Source: Rhodobacter sp. (GTDB lineage Bacteria > Pseudomonadota > Alphaproteobacteria > Rhodobacterales > Rhodobacteraceae). From it: a stretch of 64,000 nucleotides of DNA. Where the stretch lies: contig JAIXXB010000032.1 of the NCBI GenBank assembly GCA_027490955.1, positions 60,102 to 124,101 of the forward strand, written 5' to 3'. Position 1 is the stretch's first letter, and the number at the start of each line of letters is the position of its first letter. Positions 18,914 through 29,568 of this stretch are shown here, piece after piece. Under the pieces are notes generated by a model. The model was not told the origin of the DNA and did not search any database. It was given only the letters and a program-made list of their open reading frames with translations. Both the position numbers and the translations under genes were made by a program.

Positions 18914-21160
18914 TTATGGCATGTGCTGCGCAAGCCAGTCGGCCAGCACGCCGCGCACAGTCTCGGCCCCATTTGCCCTTGCCGTATCAATCACCTTTTT
19001 CGCCGCGCCGATATCGACACTGCGCAGCACTTCTTTGACAGGGCCAATCGAGGCAGGCCGCATCGACAGGTTGCGTAACCCGATCGCGGCAAAGGCCAGC
19101 GCCTCTAGCGGGCGGCCAGCATCTTCGCCGCAAAAAGAAAGCCGCGTGTTCGATGCGGCGCAGCGCGCGATGATAAACTGCAAAAAGGTCAGGAAAGATG
19201 TGTTCAAGACATCATACCGCTTGCGCACGCGCTCATTCTCGCGGTCGGCGGCAAAGAAGAACTGCTTTAGGTCATTTCCGCCAATCGATATGAAATCAGC
19301 CATTTGGAAAAACGCATCGGGTGCATAGGCAAGGCTGGGCATTTCCAGCATCGCGCCAATTTCCAACTTGTCTGGCACGCCATGGCCCAAGGATTTTTCG
19401 CGGTGGATCTCGCGCAGCAGCAGGCTGCGCGCGGCCTGAAATTCGGCAAATTCGGCGACAAAGGGGAACATCACTTGCAAGGGCCGCCCTGCTGCTGCGC
19501 GGATCAGGGCCTGCAACTGCATCCGCAAAACGCCCGGTTTATCAAGACCCACGCGAATGGCGCGCCAGCCCATGGCGGGGTTCGGCTCGTCTTGTGGTTT
19601 CATATAGGGCAGCACTTTGTCACTGCCGATATCCAAGGTTCGAAATGCCACGGGCAGGCCTTTGGATGCCTCCATCACGCGGGAATACAGGGCAACCAAT
19701 TCTTCGCGGCGCGGCATTTGGCTGCGCACCAGAAATTGCAATTCGGTGCGAAACAGGCCCACACCTTCGGCGCCAGATCCAACCAGTGAAGGCAAATCTG
19801 CCATCAGCCCCGCATTCATCTGCAGGCCAATACGCACCCCGTCCCGCGTTGTCGCGGGCAGATCGCGCAGGCTGGCAAAGCGTTCTTGTGCCTTGGCCTG
19901 CATGGCGATTTTGTCACGGAATGACCGCGCCACAGTTTCCTCGGGGCGCAGATGGGCGATGCCCTGATCTCCGTCCACCAGAATCGGATCACCGTTCAGC
20001 GCCTCGGTCGTCACACGTTCGGCATGGATCACCATCGGAATGGCCAGCGCGCGCGCCACAATGGCGGCGTGACTGCCAACCGAGCCTTCTTCCAGCACCA
20101 CGCCTTTCAGCTTGCGGCCATATTCCAGCAGCTCGGCAGGGCCGATATTGCGCGCCACAAGGATGGGGTTTTCGGGCATGGCCGCGCCCGTATCGCTGCC
20201 TTGGCCCGTCAGAATGCGCAGCAGGCGATTGGACAAATCATCCAAATCATGCAGCCTCTCGCGCAGATATGCATCGGGCACGTTTTCCAGCCGCGCCCGC
20301 GCCGTGGCCTGTTCTTTGGCCACGGCCGCTTCGGCGGATAGGCCGCTTGCGATGTCTTCTTCCATCCGCCGCAACCAGCCGCGCGAATGGGCAAACATGC
20401 GATAGGCTTCCAGCACTTGCTTTTGCTCTTTGTCCAAAGACTCTGCCGCCAGCAGATCATCGACCGAAACGCGCAATTCTCCCACTGCGGCGCGGATACG
20501 TTCCAATTCATACAGCGGGTCATCGGCAACAGGGTTGGTGACAACCACCCGCGCCTCATGCAGCCAAACGCGCCCCTCTGCCGCGCCCTCTTGCCCTGTG
20601 CTGCCGCGAAACAGCACAGGCTGGGTGTGCAGCATCGCCATGCCCGTCCCCACGCCCGCAAAGGCGCCCAGTTCGGTCATTTCTGCCAGCACCATGGCGA
20701 CGACTTCCAGCGCGTCCACCTCGTCTTCGGAAAACTGGCGCGCGGTTTTGGATTGCACCACCAACACGCCCAAACGCTCGCCAACGCGCTGGATCGGCAC
20801 GCCAAGGAAGGACGAGTAAATCTCTTCACCCGTTTCGGGCATAAAGCGAAAGCCCTTTTCCGCAGGCGCATTCGCGGTGTTCACAGGCAGGCCCGTGCGG
20901 CCCACGCGGCCCACCAGCCCTTCGCCCAGCTTCATGCGGGTTTTGTGAACGGCCGTTTTCTTTAGCCCTTCGGTTGCGCAAAGTTCCAGCGTCTCGGCAT
21001 CGCGGAACAGATAGATCGAGCAGACCTCCGTCTCCATGGAATCGGCGATCAGATGGGTGATCTGATCCAGCCGATCCTGCCCTTTGGCCTTTGTCGCCAA
21101 GACATCCCGCAACCTGCGGAGGAGTTTTCGACTGTCACTGTCCGTGCGTTCTGCTGGCAT
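18914..21160 (-). CDS. ptsP: PEP-protein phosphotransferase EI-Ntr (GAF + EI domains)
   Basis: N-terminal GAF (EVCSIYL, LELCATEGL), phospho-His motif GSHAAIVARAL, GLFRTEL, RTLDIGSDK and SIGGNDLKQ. Confidence 0.95.
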   Translation of the reverse strand: MPAERTDSDSRKLLRRLRDVLATKAKGQDRLDQITHLIADSMETEVCSIYLFRDAETLELCATEGLKKTAVHKTRMKLGEGLVGRVGRTGLPVNTANAPAEKGFRFMPETGEEIYSSFLGVPIQRVGERLGVLVVQSKTARQFSEDEVDALEVVAMVLAEMTELGAFAGVGTGMAMLHTQPVLFRGSTGQEGAAEGRVWLHEARVVVTNPVADDPLYELERIRAAVGELRVSVDDLLAAESLDKEQKQVLEAYRMFAHSRGWLRRMEEDIASGLSAEAAVAKEQATARARLENVPDAYLRERLHDLDDLSNRLLRILTGQGSDTGAAMPENPILVARNIGPAELLEYGRKLKGVVLEEGSVGSHAAIVARALAIPMVIHAERVTTEALNGDPILVDGDQGIAHLRPEETVARSFRDKIAMQAKAQERFASLRDLPATTRDGVRIGLQMNAGLMADLPSLVGSGAEGVGLFRTELQFLVRSQMPRREELVALYSRVMEASKGLPVAFRTLDIGSDKVLPYMKPQDEPNPAMGWRAIRVGLDKPGVLRMQLQALIRAAAGRPLQVMFPFVAEFAEFQAARSLLLREIHREKSLGHGVPDKLEIGAMLEMPSLAYAPDAFFQMADFISIGGNDLKQFFFAADRENERVRKRYDVLNTSFLTFLQFIIARCAASNTRLSFCGEDAGRPLEALAFAAIGLRNLSMRPASIGPVKEVLRSVDIGAAKKVIDTARANGAETVRGVLADWLAQHMP

Positions 21161-21262
21161 GTTGCGCCCCTTGTTCGCGGCACTATAGGCCATAGTGCGC
21201 GAAAAGGGGAGTGGGGAAAGGCTGGTAAAGTTACCCAGCGCGTAAATGCCCGATGTGGGGCG

Positions 21263-22756
21263 CTATGGCGTGCGCGCCAAAATCGCGCGTGCCGTGCGGA
21301 TGGCCAGCGCGGCAATGGTCAAAGATGGGTTGGCCGCCCCTGATGTCGGCAGAACCGATGCATCGCAGATGATCAGATTGTCCAAATCATGGGCGCGGCA
21401 GGTGGTGTCGACCACGCTGTCATGGGGATTATGGCCCATGCGCGCCGTGCCGCATTGATGCGAGGGTGTGCGCTTTTCAAAGGTTTTGGTCAGAACAATG
21501 GGCCAGCCCATTTTGCGCAAAAGCGCCTTGAGTTTCGCGTTCAACGCCAGATGTGCCGCCCAATTGGTGCGTTGCCATTTCAGCATGATCTGCCCGTCTT
21601 TTAGCGTGACGCGGCTCTCGCGGCTGGGCAGGTCTTCGGACATGGTCATCAGATGCACGGAATGATCGGCAAGCCAAGTTGCCAACCACAGCGGCAGTTT
21701 GGTTTCTGCCGCCATAATCGGCCCCGTGATCCGCCCAAGCATTTGTACATTGCCAAGGGGCTCGCCCTTTGGCCCGCCCGTCAGGTACCAGTCATTCAGT
21801 TGGATCGTTTTTTCATAGACACTGCGGTTGCGGCGCAAGGGGTTCACCCCGATGATCGCGGTGATATTGTGGTTCATAAAGTTGCGCCCAACTTGGTCAG
21901 ACGAATTGGCCAGCCCATTGGGATGGTCTGCATTGGCCGACGACAGCAGCAGGGCCGCCGATTTCACAGCCCCCGCACAAAGGCAAACCAGCGGGGCAGA
22001 TATCATTTTTTCAGCGCCGTCATGGGTATAATGCACGCCCGTGATCTGCCGCCCCGATGCGGCCAGACGCGTGACCATTGCCCCCGTGATCAATGTGACA
22101 TTTGGGTGCTTCAATGCTGCGGCAAGGCCGATGGTTTCCGCGTCCATCTTGCCGCCGCGCGTATTGGGAAAGCCGTCAAATGTCACAGCCCCGCCCTGCA
22201 GCCACAGGTCAATATCCACCCCCAAGGGCAGGGCGCTGGGCGATAGGCCTTGGGCGCGCATCCTGTTCATCAGGTCAATCATATCAGGCTCATGCGGCAC
22301 GCTTGGGTGCGGGTAGGGGCCAGAATGGGGCGGCTCGGTTATGTCACCTGTCACATCGCCGCGCACCTGATACAGGGTTTCTGCGGCTTGATAATCAGGC
22401 TCAAACTCGGCGTAAGATATGGGCCAGCCAGGGGTGGTGCCTTCGATATGCTGAAGCGGGCTGAAATCCTCGGCGCGGTAGCGCATCAAGACTGCGCCGT
22501 AAAATTTCGAATTGCCGCCGGGGTGGTAATAGTTATTGGGCTGAAAAGTGCCGCCCGCCTCATCCAGCCAAACCTCGCGCGGGTTGAAATGCCCCGAAAA
22601 CACCGCCGCCCCATCGCGCGCCTCTGGGCAATCACGCAGGAAATCCCCGCGTTCGAGAATGACGATGGTCTTGCCCGATGGCGCAAGTTGCGCAGCCAAA
22701 GTCGCGCCGCCCATACCAGAGCCGATGATCAGGATGTCGGGTGCAGAAACAGACAT
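21263..22756 (-). CDS. GMC family FAD-dependent oxidoreductase
   Basis: IIGSGMGG dinucleotide-binding motif, GGNSKFYGA, HQCGTARMG and NPSLTIAALA. Confidence 0.88.
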   Translation of the reverse strand: MSVSAPDILIIGSGMGGATLAAQLAPSGKTIVILERGDFLRDCPEARDGAAVFSGHFNPREVWLDEAGGTFQPNNYYHPGGNSKFYGAVLMRYRAEDFSPLQHIEGTTPGWPISYAEFEPDYQAAETLYQVRGDVTGDITEPPHSGPYPHPSVPHEPDMIDLMNRMRAQGLSPSALPLGVDIDLWLQGGAVTFDGFPNTRGGKMDAETIGLAAALKHPNVTLITGAMVTRLAASGRQITGVHYTHDGAEKMISAPLVCLCAGAVKSAALLLSSANADHPNGLANSSDQVGRNFMNHNITAIIGVNPLRRNRSVYEKTIQLNDWYLTGGPKGEPLGNVQMLGRITGPIMAAETKLPLWLATWLADHSVHLMTMSEDLPSRESRVTLKDGQIMLKWQRTNWAAHLALNAKLKALLRKMGWPIVLTKTFEKRTPSHQCGTARMGHNPHDSVVDTTCRAHDLDNLIICDASVLPTSGAANPSLTIAALAIRTARAILARTP

Positions 22757-22826
22757 GGGGCCACCTTTCCTTTTGCCCCCACGCTAGCGCAGGCGGGCGT
22801 GGGCGCAAGAGCAACTGGCGGGGCTG

Positions 22827-24074
22827 CTAGGCTTTTTCCAGCCCAAACGCATCGTGCAGCGCCTGTACGGCCAATTCCATATATTTGCGGTCGATCAATA
22901 CGCTGATTTTAATCTCGGATGTGGCGATGACTTTGATATTCACATTCTCGCTTGCCAATGCCTTGAACATGGTCGCGGCCACGCCTGCGTGGCTGCGCAT
23001 CCCGATGCCCACCACGGATATTTTTGCCACATCGCTGTCAACGACCATATCATCATAGGTGATGCTGCCTGCGGCCTTTGCCTCGTCCATCGCGGCTTTG
23101 GCGCGGATGACTTGGTTCGTGGGGCAGGAAAAGGTCATGTCGGTAAAGGCACCATCGGCCCCACCTTCGGATATATTCTGCACGATCATATCCACATTCA
23201 CCCCTGCCTCGGCCAAGGGGCCAAAGATGGCAGCGGCGATGCCGGGGCGGTCGGCCACGCGCAGCAGGGTCAGTTTGGCCTCGTCGCGGGAATAGGCAAC
23301 GCCAGACACAACTTTCGATTCCATAATTTCATCCTCGTCGCAGACCAAGGTTCCAGAGTTTTCGTCGGTGTCCTCGAACGAGGATAGAACCCGCAGCCGC
23401 ACTTTGTAGCGCATGGCAAGTTCGACCGAGCGGGTTTGCAGCACTTTCGCGCCAAGAGAGGCAAGTTCGAGCATCTCTTCAAAGGCGATTTTGTCCAACT
23501 TGCGCGCTTTGTTCGTGATGCGGGGGTCGGTGGTATAAACGCCGTCTACGTCTGTGTAGATGTCGCAGCGCTCTGCGCCAAAGGCGGCCGCAAAGGCCAC
23601 GGCCGTGGTGTCAGACCCGCCACGGCCAAGCGTGGTGATGCGGCCTTCGGCCGAGACGCCTTGAAAACCTGCGACCACGGCCACTTTGAACCCTTCGGCA
23701 AATTTTGCGTCGATATTTTCCCGCGGAATCGAGATAAACCGCGCAGAGGCATGGGCAGAGGTGGTGTTGATTGGCACTTGCCAGCCCTGCCAAGACCGCG
23801 CGGGAATATCCATTTCCTGCAAGGTCAGCGCCATCAGCCCGGCAGTGACATTTTCGCCCGACGATACCACCGCGTCGTATTCGCGGGCATCATAAAGCGG
23901 CGAGGTGCCTTCGACCCAGCCCACCAATTCGTTCGTTTTGCCTGACATGGCCGAGACGATGACGATCACGTCATAGCCGCGTTCCACCTCGCGCTTGACC
24001 TTTTGCGCCGCGTTTTTGATGCGCGCCAAATCAGCCACCGAAGTGCCGCCGAATTTCATCACCAGAACAGGCAT
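22827..24074 (-). CDS. lysC: Aspartate kinase
   Basis: MKFGGTSV, TTLGRGGSDTTA and IYTDVDG motifs, with two ACT domains. Confidence 0.97.
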   Translation of the reverse strand: MPVLVMKFGGTSVADLARIKNAAQKVKREVERGYDVIVIVSAMSGKTNELVGWVEGTSPLYDAREYDAVVSSGENVTAGLMALTLQEMDIPARSWQGWQVPINTTSAHASARFISIPRENIDAKFAEGFKVAVVAGFQGVSAEGRITTLGRGGSDTTAVAFAAAFGAERCDIYTDVDGVYTTDPRITNKARKLDKIAFEEMLELASLGAKVLQTRSVELAMRYKVRLRVLSSFEDTDENSGTLVCDEDEIMESKVVSGVAYSRDEAKLTLLRVADRPGIAAAIFGPLAEAGVNVDMIVQNISEGGADGAFTDMTFSCPTNQVIRAKAAMDEAKAAGSITYDDMVVDSDVAKISVVGIGMRSHAGVAATMFKALASENVNIKVIATSEIKISVLIDRKYMELAVQALHDAFGLEKA

Positions 24075-24198
24075 TGGATGCTCCGCTTCAATCTGGCCGC
24101 GTCATAATGGGGCAGGGGCGGGGGTGCAAGCCCTGATGCGGCGGGTGGGCTGTGGGGGCGGAGCCTTCGGCGAGGATATTTGTGCCAAAGTGAAAGGG

Positions 24199-25461
24199 TT
24201 AAAGGGCGCGATGCCCAATATCGCGGCGATAAAACCCCTGCGGCCAATTGATCTGTTTTGCCATGTCATAGGCGCGGGCATGGGCCTGCGCTAGCGTGTC
24301 GCCGCGCGCGGTGATATTCAGAACCCGCCCGCCATTGGCCACGATTTGCCCGTCTTTTTCGGCTGTGCCTGCGTGAAAGACCATGTGGTGGCTGTCTTCG
24401 GGCAGGCGGTCTAGGCCGCCAATGGCGCTGCCCTTGCCATAGGTGGCAGGATAGCCATTTGCTGCCATGACCACAGTGATGGCGTGGTCATCGGCCCAGT
24501 TGAGATGGATTTTGTCCAAACTGCCGTTCGCGCAGGCGTGCATGGCATCCAGCGCTTGGCCGCCAAGGCGCATCATCAGCACTTGGGTTTCAGGATCACC
24601 AAAGCGCGCGTTATATTCTACAAGGCGCGGCGCGCCGCCTTCGATCATTAGCCCTGCATAAAGGACACCTTGATAGGGCACCCCGCGCCGCGCCATTTCG
24701 GCGATGGTGGGCAGGATGATTTTGTCCATCGCGATTTGGGCCACGGCATCTGTCAGAACGGGGGCGGGGGAATAGGCCCCCATGCCGCCGGTGTTTGGCC
24801 CCTTATCGCCATCAAAGGCGCGTTTGTGATCTTGCGCGCTGCCGATCGGCAGGGCGGTTTTGCCATCGGTCAGCACAAAGAAACTGGCCTCTTCGCCCGC
24901 CATGAATTCTTCGATCACCACTTCGGCCCCTGCTGCGCCAAGCGATCCGCCGAACATATCTTCGATGGCCGCCAGTGCCTGATCCAGCGTTTCGGCCACG
25001 ACCACGCCCTTGCCTGCGGCCAGACCATCGGCCTTGACCACAATCGGCGCGCCTTGCTGCGTGACATAGGCGCGGGCGGCGGCGGCATCGGTAAAGCGGG
25101 CATAGGCGGCGGTGGGGGCCGCGCAGGCATCGCAGATCTCTTTGGTAAAGGCTTTGGATGCCTCAAGCCGCGCGGCAGCTGCCGAAGGGCCAAAGGTCAA
25201 TATCCCCGCCGCCCGCGCGCGATCTGCCACGCCTGCGGCCAAGGGGCCTTCAGGGCCGATGATCAGAAAATCAATCGCCTCATCGGCGCAAAGCTGCACG
25301 ACTGCTTCGCCTGACAGAATGTCGATATCGGCCACTTCGGCGATTTGTGCGATGCCTGCATTGCCCGGGGCGACGATCAGGCGGTCAGTTTTGGGGTTTT
25401 GCAGCACCGCCCATGCAAGGGCATGTTCGCGCCCGCCCGAACCTAAAATCAGAATATTCAT
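24199..25461 (-). CDS. purD: Phosphoribosylamine--glycine ligase
   Basis: GSGGREHALA, VKADGLAAGKGV, GPNTGGMGAY and EYNARFGDPE motifs. Confidence 0.97.
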   Translation of the reverse strand: MNILILGSGGREHALAWAVLQNPKTDRLIVAPGNAGIAQIAEVADIDILSGEAVVQLCADEAIDFLIIGPEGPLAAGVADRARAAGILTFGPSAAAARLEASKAFTKEICDACAAPTAAYARFTDAAAARAYVTQQGAPIVVKADGLAAGKGVVVAETLDQALAAIEDMFGGSLGAAGAEVVIEEFMAGEEASFFVLTDGKTALPIGSAQDHKRAFDGDKGPNTGGMGAYSPAPVLTDAVAQIAMDKIILPTIAEMARRGVPYQGVLYAGLMIEGGAPRLVEYNARFGDPETQVLMMRLGGQALDAMHACANGSLDKIHLNWADDHAITVVMAANGYPATYGKGSAIGGLDRLPEDSHHMVFHAGTAEKDGQIVANGGRVLNITARGDTLAQAHARAYDMAKQINWPQGFYRRDIGHRAL

Positions 25462-25530
25462 CGCATGCCCCCGCTTGGCCTTTGGATGGGCGCGTCATAA
25501 GGTGGGGGGGCGTATCCTGCAAGGTGATCT

Positions 25531-27105
25531 ATGGATTTACTGGACGACAGCCCCACCCCCAGCGGCAATAAGCCCGAATTCACCGTGTCCGAATTGTCGG
25601 GGGCGGTCAAACGGGTGATTGAAGGCGAGTTTGGGCTGGTGCGGGTGCGCGGCGAAGTGGGCCGCGTATCGCGCCCCGCGTCTGGCCATGTGTATTTTGC
25701 ACTGAAGGATGACCGCGCCAGTTTGGATGCCGTAACTTGGAAAGGGCAGCTGTCCAAGATGCAGGTTCGGCCAGAGGAGGGGATGGAAGTGGTGGCCACG
25801 GGCCGCATGACCACTTTTCCCGGCCAATCCAAATATCAGCTGATCGTCGAAGATATGGCCCCCGCAGGGGCAGGCGCGCTGATGGCGATGTTGGAAAAGC
25901 GCAAGGCAATGTTGGCAGCGGAAGGGCTGTTTGACGCGGCGCGCAAGCGGCCCATCCCCTATTTGCCGCAGGTCATCGGCGTGGTCACCTCGCCCTCTGG
26001 TGCGGTGATCCGCGATATTCTGCACCGCCTGAGGGATCGTTTTCCGCGCCATGTCTTGATTTGGCCTGTAGCCGTGCAGGGGCAATCTTGCGCGGGCGAG
26101 GTGGCGGCGGCCATCGCGGGCTTTAACGCGCTGCCCGCAGGCGGCCCGATCCCGCGCCCTGATGTGATCATTGTCGCCCGCGGCGGCGGCAGTTTGGAAG
26201 ATCTGTGGGGCTTTAACGAGGAAATCGTGGTGCGGGCTGCGGCGGGCAGTTTGATCCCGCTGATCTCGGCTGTTGGGCATGAAACCGATACCACGCTGAT
26301 CGATTATGCTGCCGATTTGCGCGCGCCCACGCCGACAGCGGCGGCAGAATTGGCAGTGCCCGTGCGCGTAGATTTGCTGGCTGCGACGGATGGAATGGGC
26401 GCGCGCATGTCGCGGGCACTGGCGCAGGGCATGGGTGCGCGCGGCCAACGCTTGCGCGATTTGGCGCGCGCTTTGCCGCGGGCAGAGCGGCTATTAGAAG
26501 GGCCACGGCAGGGTTTTGATGCCAAAGTTCTGCGGTTGGGCGGTGCGCTGGGCTTGATGGTGGCCAATAAGGCGGGGGCCTATGGGCGCGTGGCCACAAG
26601 GCTGCGCGGTGATGCGCTGCGCGCGTTGGTGCTGCGCAAAGCAGGGATGCTGCGCGAGATGTCAGCGCGGCTGGAGGGCAGGGTCAATTCAGATGCAGAT
26701 CGGCGCAAAATGCACCTGCACTTGCAATCTGCCCGCCTGCCAAATGCGCTGTCGCGCCTTCTGGCGGATGCAGGGCGCAGAAATTCGGACGCGCGCAGCA
26801 AACTTGCGGGGCTAGAGTCGCGGCTGCATGCGGCCCCGCCTGTGCAATTTGCGCGGCTTCAGCAGCGGCTAGATGGGTTAGAGCGGATGCGCGCCACCTT
26901 GGGCCCAACCGAGACGCTGGCGCGCGGCTTTGCGATTGTGCGGGTCGATGGGCGCGTGGTGACCAAGGCTGCGGATGCGCAAAATGCGGCCGCACTGGAC
27001 ATTCAATTCGCCGATGGCCATGCGCAGATCGCACCCGCGGGCGAGGGGCCAAAGCCCGCGCCAAAACCGACCAAGCCAATCATAGGGCAGGGAAGTTTGT
27101 TTTGA
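25531..27105 (+). CDS. xseA: Exodeoxyribonuclease VII large subunit
   Basis: SGHVYFALKD, VARGGGSLEDLWGFN and SAVGHETD..APTPTAAAE motifs. Confidence 0.96.
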   Translation: MDLLDDSPTPSGNKPEFTVSELSGAVKRVIEGEFGLVRVRGEVGRVSRPASGHVYFALKDDRASLDAVTWKGQLSKMQVRPEEGMEVVATGRMTTFPGQSKYQLIVEDMAPAGAGALMAMLEKRKAMLAAEGLFDAARKRPIPYLPQVIGVVTSPSGAVIRDILHRLRDRFPRHVLIWPVAVQGQSCAGEVAAAIAGFNALPAGGPIPRPDVIIVARGGGSLEDLWGFNEEIVVRAAAGSLIPLISAVGHETDTTLIDYAADLRAPTPTAAAELAVPVRVDLLAATDGMGARMSRALAQGMGARGQRLRDLARALPRAERLLEGPRQGFDAKVLRLGGALGLMVANKAGAYGRVATRLRGDALRALVLRKAGMLREMSARLEGRVNSDADRRKMHLHLQSARLPNALSRLLADAGRRNSDARSKLAGLESRLHAAPPVQFARLQQRLDGLERMRATLGPTETLARGFAIVRVDGRVVTKAADAQNAAALDIQFADGHAQIAPAGEGPKPAPKPTKPIIGQGSLF

Positions 27106-27437
27106 CACCGCATGAGGATTTCAAAATCTTGCTCACGGATTGGATGATCAAGACCGTGGCCCGCCATGCGCCCGATGCAGGCCACCGCCCCATGTATGGG
27201 GGCCTTGTGTTTGAACGGGCATTGGGTGTGCCGAAAACCTGCGTTTGCGGGATTTATGCCTATAGCGAGCATATCGGTTTAGAATTTACCCATGGCGCGG
27301 CGCTGGCCGACCCGATGGGCGTGCTGGAAGGCGCAGGCAAGTACCGCCGCCACATCAAACTGCGCAGCATGGGTGATATCTTGGCCAAGGATATAGAAGG
27401 CTATGTTGCGCAAGCCTTTGCAGTGCAGGCGCGTTAG
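27102..27437 (+). CDS. DUF1801 (YdhG-like) domain protein
   Basis: MYGG..F, CGIYAYSEHIGLEF..GA.L.DP..VLEG.GK.RRHIK pattern. Confidence 0.7.
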   Translation: MTPHEDFKILLTDWMIKTVARHAPDAGHRPMYGGLVFERALGVPKTCVCGIYAYSEHIGLEFTHGAALADPMGVLEGAGKYRRHIKLRSMGDILAKDIEGYVAQAFAVQAR

Positions 27438-28471
27438 GCGGATAGCCACGGCTTCAGATGCGGGCGGATGGCGCGTTTCCAAAGCGGGGGGAACAGCGCG
27501 ATGGTGCAGGCAAGGGGCAGCGGCCAAGGCAGGCGCGGGGCATCGGCTGTATTTGGCAGGCGCAGCGCGGGATAGGGGCGGTTTGGATGCGCGTGATGAT
27601 CCGAATGGCGCGGCGCGCCGACCATCATCGCGCTGGAATACCAATGCGGCGCATTCCATGAATGGCGGTTTTGCACGGGCTCGTATTTGCCATTTGGCAG
27701 TTTCGCGCGCAGCAGGCCGTAATGTTGCACATAATCAGATAGCATCAGTTGCGCGGTGGCCGACAGCGACAAAATCGCCCAAAGCGCCAGCCCCATTGGC
27801 CCGCCAAGGGCGAAGGCCGCTGCCAAACTGACAGCCGAAATCGCGACATAAAGAACGTAAGGGTGCAAAGCCTGCACCCCTGCTTTGCGCGCGCGCAGAT
27901 CGTTTTCGGCCTGCAGGCCGCGCACAAAACTTCCCCCCCATGCGCGCAAGAAGAACGCATAGAACCCCTCGCCCGACCGCGCGGTGTTTGGGTCTTGCGG
28001 GGTTGCGGCATGGATGTGATGCACAAGGCGGTGCGCCGATGTGTGGTGTCCAAATAACATAATGGAAAACATCACCGCCCCCAGCCAAAACAGTGGGCGA
28101 TTGGCGCGGTGGATCAATTCATGCGCAGCGGGGTTGCTGATTTGCCCCAGCCACAGCGATGCGCCAAGGGCGAGGGCCATCTTTTCTATGGGCGGCGCGG
28201 GCCCTGCCAGATGCGCAATCAGCACAGGCAGCAGCACAATATGCAGCCCCGCCAGCGCAACCAGCAGCCCGTCTGCAGCGGGAAACTCGGCCCCTTCGGG
28301 GGCATTTCCCATAAAGCGCGCGCCAAAGCGATCCATCATGGCGGCAAAAAGGGTAATGGCCACAAAGCCCGCCCATGCCAGCGCGCCGCCCCATAGCATC
28401 CCCATCGCCAAAAGCGCAGGGGGCAGCAGGGCGGCAAAGGCAAACAGCCAAAGGGGCATAGCACGCGACAT
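27434..28471 (-). CDS. alkB: Alkane 1-monooxygenase-like membrane di-iron enzyme
   Basis: His boxes AHELIH, HRLVHH, DYVQHYGL and RHSDHHAHP, plus multiple TM segments. Confidence 0.88.
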   Translation of the reverse strand: MSRAMPLWLFAFAALLPPALLAMGMLWGGALAWAGFVAITLFAAMMDRFGARFMGNAPEGAEFPAADGLLVALAGLHIVLLPVLIAHLAGPAPPIEKMALALGASLWLGQISNPAAHELIHRANRPLFWLGAVMFSIMLFGHHTSAHRLVHHIHAATPQDPNTARSGEGFYAFFLRAWGGSFVRGLQAENDLRARKAGVQALHPYVLYVAISAVSLAAAFALGGPMGLALWAILSLSATAQLMLSDYVQHYGLLRAKLPNGKYEPVQNRHSWNAPHWYSSAMMVGAPRHSDHHAHPNRPYPALRLPNTADAPRLPWPLPLACTIALFPPLWKRAIRPHLKPWLSA

Positions 28472-28608
28472 TGTGCGATTTTAGCACAGGCGCCGCGCAA
28501 TGCCAGCGCGGCATAATGCGCGCAAAAGCGCCTGCCATATTGCCCTTGGCCCCGCGATTGACTAGCTAGGGGGCAGCGCGGCGGTTGTGCCGCTGATCGG
28601 GAAAAACC

Positions 28609-29565
28609 ATGTCTTTTTTCAACAAACTGCGCGAGAGGCTGACGCGGTCTTCGGGCAAAATCGGCGCGGGGTTGGACGGGCTTGTGCCTGCCGATAAGGG
28701 CTTGATCGGCGGCCTCTTTGGCGGCGAAGCGCGTGCGCCTTTTGATGATGCGATGCTCGAGTCGTTGGAAGATTTGCTGATCTCGGCGGATATGGGGCCA
28801 GATACAGCCGCCCGCGTGGCGGCAAATGTGGCCGCAGGGCGGATGGGCAAGCGCGTCTCGTCCAGCGAATTGCGCGGGTATCTGGCAGATGAAATTACCC
28901 GCATCATGACGCCCATCGCGCGGCCCATGCCAGTTTATGCAAAGCGCCCGCAAGTGGTGTTGGTTGTGGGCGTGAACGGGTCAGGCAAAACCACGACCAT
29001 TGGCAAGCTGGCCAGCCAGTTCAAAGCGGCGGGCAAATCGGTGGTTATTGCGGCAGGCGATACGTTTCGCGCCGCTGCGGTTGAACAGTTGCAGGTATGG
29101 GGCACGCGCGCAGCTGTGCCCGTTCTGACCGCGCCCGAAGGGTCTGACCCTGCATCGCTGGCCTTTTCCGCGATGGAGCGTGCCGAGGCGGATGGCGCAG
29201 ACCTTTTGCTGATTGACACGGCAGGACGTTTGCAAAACCGCGCCGATTTGATGGAAGAATTGGCCAAAATCGTGCGGGTGATCCGCAAAAAAGACCCCTC
29301 TGCGCCCCATAACACCCTGTTGGTGCTGGATGCCAGCACGGGGCAAAACGCCCTGTCACAGGTTGAGATTTTTCGCAAAATCGCTGATGTGTCGGGCTTG
29401 ATAATGACCAAGCTGGATGGCAGCGCCAAGGGCGGCGTTCTGGTGTCTTTGGCCGATAAGTTTGGCCTGCCGATTCATGCCATTGGCGTGGGCGAGCAGA
29501 TTGATGATCTATCCCCTTTTGATCCCGAAGATTTCGCCCGCGCGCTGACAGGATTGGATCGGTAA
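28609..29565 (+). CDS. ftsY: Signal recognition particle receptor
   Basis: GVNGSGKTTTIGKLA, DTFRAAA, DTAGRL and TKLDGSAKGG motifs. Confidence 0.97.
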   Translation: MSFFNKLRERLTRSSGKIGAGLDGLVPADKGLIGGLFGGEARAPFDDAMLESLEDLLISADMGPDTAARVAANVAAGRMGKRVSSSELRGYLADEITRIMTPIARPMPVYAKRPQVVLVVGVNGSGKTTTIGKLASQFKAAGKSVVIAAGDTFRAAAVEQLQVWGTRAAVPVLTAPEGSDPASLAFSAMERAEADGADLLLIDTAGRLQNRADLMEELAKIVRVIRKKDPSAPHNTLLVLDASTGQNALSQVEIFRKIADVSGLIMTKLDGSAKGGVLVSLADKFGLPIHAIGVGEQIDDLSPFDPEDFARALTGLDR

Positions 29566-29568
29566 TTC

